A stretch of 36,505 nt of DNA. Source: an uncultured Pseudomonadota bacterium. GTDB lineage: Bacteria; Myxococcota_A; UBA9042; PHBI01; CALCNF01. Position 1 is the stretch's first letter; the number at the start of each line of letters is the position of its first letter. A program made the position numbers and the translations under genes. The stretch is from positions 1 through 36,505 of the forward strand of contig CALCNF010000145.1 in the NCBI GenBank assembly GCA_937897815.1, written 5' to 3'. The notes beneath the pieces were generated by a model. It was not told where the DNA came from. It did no database searches and was given only the letters and a program-made list of their open reading frames with translations. Of this stretch, positions 31,893 through 36,505 are shown piece after piece.

Positions 31893-32729
31893 TCAGGCGG
31901 AGAGGTGACCGCTGCCAGGGAGGCTGACCCCCGCGACCACGGGTCCCGGGGCGACCGGAACGGGCCCGGTACCCATCACGAGCATCACCTGCTGGGTGGA
32001 CAGCCAGGCGCTAAACGAGGTCGCGACCGCCGTGCCGATGGCCCGCGCCATGGTCGCGAAGCGCCCATCTGTGTCGTCCATACTGAAGTTCTGGAGCATG
32101 GCGGCCTCGAGTCCCGGGGCGGTCATGCGATCCATGGCCGAGGACGAGCAGGTGCTCAGCGGCGTAGGGACGTTCGGCATCGGTGGCGCTACTGGCGGCG
32201 TCGGGAAGAGGGCGAACAGGGGATACCAGGGGAGGCCCGGCACGGTGACGCCCTGTTGCCAGAGCTCGAAGCTCTCGCTGAGCCCGCGCGCGACCGCGTC
32301 TCGCCAGTGGAGCAGATTGTGGCTCGCCTGGGGATAGGAGAGCTGGACGATCGTCGGGTAGAGCTGCGGTCCAACGAGGCACCCCTGGGAGCCCATGGCG
32401 AGGGGGCCAGCGATGGTGATGCCCTGGAAGGCCGCCTGTTGTCGCCACAGCTCATGGGCTTGCTCGAACGCGTCGAGCATCTGGTGGGCGAACTCCTTGA
32501 GCTTGCCGCCGATGATCTCCGCCTGACGGACGTGCAGTCGATTCGTGGAGGCGGGCCGCAGGTAGCTGGTCGGGTCGGGCGTGGCCGCGTGATCGCCCTC
32601 CTTGAAGGCGAGGTTATAGTGCTTCGCCGCCGTGCCCGTAGGTTGGGACCAGCGGTGAGGAATGCGCTTGCCTGCTCCCTGGTAGGTCGCGTCGGCGAGC
32701 GGCTTCATCGGTACGTTCAACCCTGGCAT
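31893..32729 (-). CDS. Hypothetical protein with three internal helix plus Pro/Gly-rich repeats; no signal peptide; no family recognised
   Basis: ATG 32729 has GAGGAG 8 nt upstream. Amino-acid composition is balanced, whereas the overlapping plus-strand ORF (31905-32894) is Arg/Gly-rich junk. The internal repeats are described in the findings. Confidence 0.6.
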   Translation of the reverse strand: MPGLNVPMKPLADATYQGAGKRIPHRWSQPTGTAAKHYNLAFKEGDHAATPDPTSYLRPASTNRLHVRQAEIIGGKLKEFAHQMLDAFEQAHELWRQQAAFQGITIAGPLAMGSQGCLVGPQLYPTIVQLSYPQASHNLLHWRDAVARGLSESFELWQQGVTVPGLPWYPLFALFPTPPVAPPMPNVPTPLSTCSSSAMDRMTAPGLEAAMLQNFSMDDTDGRFATMARAIGTAVATSFSAWLSTQQVMLVMGTGPVPVAPGPVVAGVSLPGSGHLSA

Positions 32730-32890
32730 CGCGAGGGCTCCTCGGCTGCGGTGGTCGGTCCCGTGGGCGCGCTCTACCCAGTGCCCATGAGGCTAGGTGT
32801 CCCGGCGCTATACGTCAACGGTGCGGCAGGGTGTGTCTCGAACGCCCTCCATATGTTATCGACTCCGTCCGAGACTACGGGAGAAGACAA

Positions 32891-33502
32891 TTGAGATGGT
32901 TTTGGCCACTGGTTTGCGCTCTGCTCGTCGCCTGCGCTCCTGACCAGAAGACGGAAGAAGGCGACAAGTCGACGTCGAAGCAGAACCCCGAATCCAGCCG
33001 AATGGTGGGGGAGCTGCATGATGGAGGCCAGCGTCATCGAGTGGCGCCCCTGATCCTCCATCCGGCGCACATGGATTTCCGAGTGGGTTGTCTGGTCGAT
33101 CGGGACCAGGCGCGACAACGAGGGGACGAGCCGCGCCCGCTGTGCTTTGACGAAGATCGTCGCTCGAGCCCGCCGACCAAGCTTCGCATCGAGTACCGCT
33201 TGGGACTGCAGGTCTCCGAGTCCATGCGGCGCCTGACCCTCGCGGGTGAGGCCGCCCACTTCGTCGTGGAGGCCACTGGGACCCTGTACCAGGTGCTCGA
33301 TCTGGCTCACGCGGCCTACCGAGGGGGCATGACTCGGCCGGATGAGGTCCGCGTCGTGAGCGGAAACACGGGGGGAACGGACGTCCTCGTGGAGATCTTG
33401 AAGTCCCATTACGGTACGCTGGAGATCGAGCGAATCGATGTCCCCCCTCCAGCGCCCGCCAACGCGCCTGACTCAGGCAAAGCTCCAGGAAGCGAACCAT
33501 GA
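32891..33502 (+). CDS. Lipoprotein, function unknown (weak, partial resemblance to a peptidoglycan amidase_2/PGRP core)
   Basis: Preferred start is TTG 32891 (LRWFWPLVCALLVAC, lipobox LVAC) with GGGAGAAG upstream; the track start is 32831. The segment AAHFVVEATGTLYQVLDLAHAAYRGG loosely resembles the HflI..dG.i.q......A.HAG block of Amidase_2, but the C-terminal Zn and active-site block is absent. Confidence 0.5.
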   Translation: MRWFWPLVCALLVACAPDQKTEEGDKSTSKQNPESSRMVGELHDGGQRHRVAPLILHPAHMDFRVGCLVDRDQARQRGDEPRPLCFDEDRRSSPPTKLRIEYRLGLQVSESMRRLTLAGEAAHFVVEATGTLYQVLDLAHAAYRGGMTRPDEVRVVSGNTGGTDVLVEILKSHYGTLEIERIDVPPPAPANAPDSGKAPGSEP

Positions 33503-34047
33503 ACACCGTCGAACGACTCCTCCTAGCCCTCTGTCTCGCGACCCTGGTCGCCTGCGCGCCCGCTCCCGAGGAGGTCTGCTCAGCGGTGGTCGACACCGGG
33601 TTTGAGCTCCCCGCCGCGACCATCTCGGATTGCGACGGAAACTCCGTCTCTCTCCTCGAGCTGATCGAGGCCAACGAGGTCACTTACATCTCCTTTGGGG
33701 CCGGCTGGTGCACCGCTTGTCAGGAGGAGATTCCCGAGTTGAACGCCCTGAAGACTGAGTTCGAGGGCAAGAACGTAGGGATCGTCCAGATCCTCGTCGA
33801 GGGGATGTCACCTGGCGTCGAGGCGCCTCTCGGCCTGTGCGGTCAGTGGGCGGGCGATGCCCTGCCGCCGATCGCCGAATTTCCCGTCTGGATCGACGTG
33901 GAGCAGAGCATGATCTGCGATCACTTCGGTGAGGCTGTCGGCACCCTGCCGGTGCACCTCCTGGTGACCGGGGACGGGACCGTTCAGTCAAGGATCGTCG
34001 GAGCGCTGCCCGCCGATATGTCCGCCAGGATCTCAGATTGGCTGTAG
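33499..34047 (+). CDS. Thioredoxin-fold thiol:disulfide oxidoreductase lipoprotein (TlpA/ResA-like)
   Basis: Overlaps the upstream gene by ATGA. Lipobox LATLVAC. CxxC active site in YISFGAGWCTACQEEIPELN. The downstream cis-Pro region TLPVHLLV fits the thioredoxin fold. Confidence 0.8.
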   Translation: MNTVERLLLALCLATLVACAPAPEEVCSAVVDTGFELPAATISDCDGNSVSLLELIEANEVTYISFGAGWCTACQEEIPELNALKTEFEGKNVGIVQILVEGMSPGVEAPLGLCGQWAGDALPPIAEFPVWIDVEQSMICDHFGEAVGTLPVHLLVTGDGTVQSRIVGALPADMSARISDWL

Positions 34048-34058
34048 CTCCCGAGCGC

Positions 34059-34976
34059 ATGGAGCGACCGTCGGACGGTCGGGGCGTCCTGATCGTCGGC
34101 TGTGGGTTCACGGGATGTTTCCTGGCCCAGCGCTTGGCCTTCCGAGGCGATCCCGTCTTCGGGACGACCCGCTCTGAGGAGCGTGGCCTGGTGATCTCTT
34201 CGAGGGGCGCTGAGCCTATCCTCATGGACGCGGGAGACGTCTCTCCCATCGACCGCTTGCGAGGGCGCATCTACGGGGTCGTGCTCTCCGTGCCTCCACA
34301 GATGGCGCGTGATGGCTCGTATGAGGACATCACCGAGTCCCTGACCCGTCGCTTCGCCTCGTGGAACCTTGAGTCCCTGGTCTACATCTCATCGACCAGC
34401 GTCTACGGTGATCAGGCCGGGGCGGTGGCCACAGAGCACACGGAGTGCGATCCCGACAGCCCGAGGGGTCGCGCGCGGCTCGCCATCGAGCGGCAGGTCC
34501 TGGGCTCTGGCTTGCCCGCCATGGTCGTGAGGCCTTCGGGCATCTATGGGCCCGGCCGCAGTCAGCTCCATCGCGCCGCTCGGGGCCACCACAGGCTGGT
34601 CGCCGGCGGCGCATCGATCACCAATCGCATCCACGTCGACGACCTGTGCCAGATCATCGATCACGCGCTCCATCGAGGCGAGCCGGGCTCGACCTATCTG
34701 GCGAGCGACGCCGCGCCGTCGACCCAGCGCGAGGTCTCGGACTACATGGGAAGTCTGGGCCTCCCTGGACCCAACGAGATCCCCCTCGAGGAGGCTCGCG
34801 TCCGTCTCGATAAGAACGTCCTGGCCATGCTCATGGGCTCCAAGCGCCTCGACGGTTCGTGGACCCGTGAGCGCCTTGGCGTCACCTTACGCTACCCGGA
34901 TTATCGGGCGGGACTCGGCGCGATCTGGGAGCGAGAGTCTCCCGAGATCAAGGCGCTGATCACGGACAGAAGCTGA
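34059..34976 (+). CDS. NAD(P)-dependent epimerase/dehydratase family (extended SDR) protein
   Basis: Rossmann motif VLIVGCGFTGCFLAQRL. Other motifs are YISSTSVYGD, RPSGIYGPGR and NRIHVDDL. ATG 34059 is preferred over the overlapping TTG 34038. Confidence 0.8.
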   Translation: MERPSDGRGVLIVGCGFTGCFLAQRLAFRGDPVFGTTRSEERGLVISSRGAEPILMDAGDVSPIDRLRGRIYGVVLSVPPQMARDGSYEDITESLTRRFASWNLESLVYISSTSVYGDQAGAVATEHTECDPDSPRGRARLAIERQVLGSGLPAMVVRPSGIYGPGRSQLHRAARGHHRLVAGGASITNRIHVDDLCQIIDHALHRGEPGSTYLASDAAPSTQREVSDYMGSLGLPGPNEIPLEEARVRLDKNVLAMLMGSKRLDGSWTRERLGVTLRYPDYRAGLGAIWERESPEIKALITDRS

Positions 34977-36003
34977 CCTGATGTTCCGCGTCGAAGAGCA
35001 GCGCCTCGTCTCCGCAGGCGTCGCTGCACGCGGGCATGCCGGGCCCTCCACACAGGGTGCGACAGGAGAACTGCCCCTCGTGACCCAGGCAGGAGGTGCC
35101 TCGCTCGCAGTCCGAGGCCTGTGCGCACTCGGACCCGTGGGCACCCGTCCCGGCTTCGGCGCACACGAAGCCGCCCAGCCAGAAGCACCCCTCGCTGTCT
35201 TCACACACAGAGGGGTCCTCGATGCAGCTCTCGAGCACACAGAGCCTCGCGGGCTCCTCCGCCTCCGCGCCCGGGACCAGGAACGTCCCACCGGAGCAGC
35301 GGTTGCTGCAGGCGATGGTCTCGTCGTTGGGGGTCTCACTGCTGTCGCACAGGGGCACGCAGCTTGAGCCCATGCACGTGAGCCCTGCCATACACTCCGT
35401 GGGGTATTGGCAGGCCTGTCCCACGTAGCCTTGACCCGCCCAAAGGCACTGGCGTCCCGTGCTCAACAGAAAGCAGCCACGCCCGGGGTTGCAGTCCTGA
35501 GCCAGGAGATCGCAGCCCTCTCTTCGGGTCGTGAACGACCACTCTTTGTGGAAGCTCTCACCGGCGACCTCGCCCATGATCTCCACCATGTACGTGGTGA
35601 CCGGCTCCAGGGGGCGGTGAGGGATCACCGCGATGGTCTCAGCGTTCAGGTACGCGTCGTTCTCAGATGCCAGGACCGTGACCTCGATCTCGTCGCCCTG
35701 CTCCACCGCGTGCATGCCCACCTTCGATACGACGAGGGCGCCACCTTGGGTCGCCTGGAGCGTGATCACCGGTCCGCTCGGGTACCCCTGGGGTGGCGCC
35801 GCGGGCTGGGGAGCGTCCTTTCCGTCCCACGAAAACTCTACGTTCGTCGCTCCGTCGGCTGGGTAGGTCCACATCTGGGCCTCGGCGGGGTCGAGCGCAT
35901 CGCCCGTCGCCCGACCCGAGGGCCCTCCATCGCTGCGCATGACCAGGAAGCCCACCGCGCCCAGCGTGGCCAGGCCGAGCACCACCATCGTCGGCCTATT
36001 CAT
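34960..36003 (-). CDS. Membrane-anchored or secreted protein with an N-terminal Ig-like region and a 24-Cys C-terminal cysteine-rich region
   Basis: N-terminal hydrophobic segment MVVLGLATLGAVGFLV. The block WTYPADGATNVEFSW...TYMVEIMG is SbsA/Big-like. The C-terminal 184 aa contain 24 Cys in repeated C-x5/6-C-x5-C modules. The 3' end overlaps the SDR gene convergently by 17 nt. Confidence 0.7.
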   Translation of the reverse strand: MNRPTMVVLGLATLGAVGFLVMRSDGGPSGRATGDALDPAEAQMWTYPADGATNVEFSWDGKDAPQPAAPPQGYPSGPVITLQATQGGALVVSKVGMHAVEQGDEIEVTVLASENDAYLNAETIAVIPHRPLEPVTTYMVEIMGEVAGESFHKEWSFTTRREGCDLLAQDCNPGRGCFLLSTGRQCLWAGQGYVGQACQYPTECMAGLTCMGSSCVPLCDSSETPNDETIACSNRCSGGTFLVPGAEAEEPARLCVLESCIEDPSVCEDSEGCFWLGGFVCAEAGTGAHGSECAQASDCERGTSCLGHEGQFSCRTLCGGPGMPACSDACGDEALLFDAEHQVSFCP

Positions 36004-36505
36004 GGCGGCCCAGCTCTACAATCTGCAGGGTGTAGTCCTCGAGCACAGCCACGCCATGTCCCATCTCGCTCACGTTGGAGTTCAGGATGCGCACCCGCTG
36101 ATAGAGAGTCTCTAACCAACTGTAGACGGCGGCGGTCGGCGAGTGCTTGAACGCGACCAGCTCGGCGACATAGACTCCCTCATATCCCGCGGCGTTCATG
36201 CGATCCATCGGTGTCTCGCCTGTGGATCCAGGAGCCCCGGCGGGCTCCACGTATACGCTCAGCCCCTCCTTGAAGTAGAGGTCGAAGTTCTCGGCGATGA
36301 AGTCCGCGTGATCCTGTGCGGCTTGGCTCAGCAGCTTGTTCTGGACCAGGGGGCTCAGCCCGGCCTGTTGCCGGATCGCGTTGATGGTGTTCATCGCCTC
36401 GAAGGCCGGGTTCACTCCCGCCTGCTCTTCTTGAACCTCCCATCGGGCCATCCCCTCAGGGACCTGGAGCGTGTTGTCAGAGACGGTCGAGGAGGTGGTG
36501 TTCGC
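35996..36505 (-). CDS. CAP/SCP (cysteine-rich secretory protein / PR-1-like) domain protein, 5'-truncated by the window edge
   Basis: INAIRQQAGLSPLVQNKLLSQAAQDHADFIAEN...DRMNAAGYEG...AELVAF...AVYSWLETLYQRVRILNSNVSEMGHGV follows the CAP-domain pattern. The reading frame stays open upstream of Met 36451 to the window end (…ANTTSSTVSDNTLQVPEG-M). It overlaps the downstream gene start by 8 nt. Confidence 0.65.
   Translation of the reverse strand, partial: ANTTSSTVSDNTLQVPEGMARWEVQEEQAGVNPAFEAMNTINAIRQQAGLSPLVQNKLLSQAAQDHADFIAENFDLYFKEGLSVYVEPAGAPGSTGETPMDRMNAAGYEGVYVAELVAFKHSPTAAVYSWLETLYQRVRILNSNVSEMGHGVAVLEDYTLQIVELGRHE

Noticed and set aside
1-36505. Search for tRNA, rRNA, CRISPR arrays, transposases, integrases, phage structural genes and toxin-antitoxin pairs
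   Set aside because: I saw no cloverleaf-like or rRNA-like sequence in the few intergenic regions. I saw no regularly spaced direct repeats and no recombinase, transposase or phage-like ORFs. The only tandem repeat is the coding 24-mer at nt 1-52. This was a by-eye inspection only.

Overview
This is a 36.5-kb, high-GC (about 65% by eye), densely coding chromosomal segment. I call 31 protein-coding genes, two of them cut by the window edges. I found no rRNA, tRNA, CRISPR array, transposase or integrase. Gene content suggests a Myxococcota-like (deltaproteobacterial) genome: a MYXO-CTERM-like sorting tail, PEGA domains, FGE-sulfatase domains, a eukaryotic-like Ser/Thr kinase, FHA domains, ECF sigma factors and sigma-54 promoter motifs. 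That taxonomic placement is an inference.

Housekeeping genes are class II photolyase, cysteine synthase, cyclophilin, NagZ and an SDR epimerase. They are interleaved with envelope and signalling modules.

The items most worth follow-up are:
1. A five-gene operon with overlapping start/stop codons at every junction (12731-21417, minus strand). A giant coiled-coil membrane protein and a secreted TPR-zincin lead a MoxR / DUF58 / BatA-VWA core.
2. An ECF sigma / anti-sigma pair followed by three envelope proteins (21628-25650). The last is an FGE-like lipoprotein with a Cys-rich insertion and Asp in place of one of the two canonical catalytic Cys.
3. A near-consensus sigma-54 promoter in front of a signal-peptide-less, divergent 2xLysM muramidase-like gene (25774-27004).
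4. An orphan 278-aa protein built from three internal repeats (31893-32729).
5. An orphan ECF sigma with no adjacent anti-sigma, divergent from a double-FHA membrane protein.

All domain calls come from reading motifs in the supplied translations; no searches were run. Start codons were chosen from RBS and signal-peptide context and may be off by some codons. None of these modules is demonstrably a new system from sequence alone.
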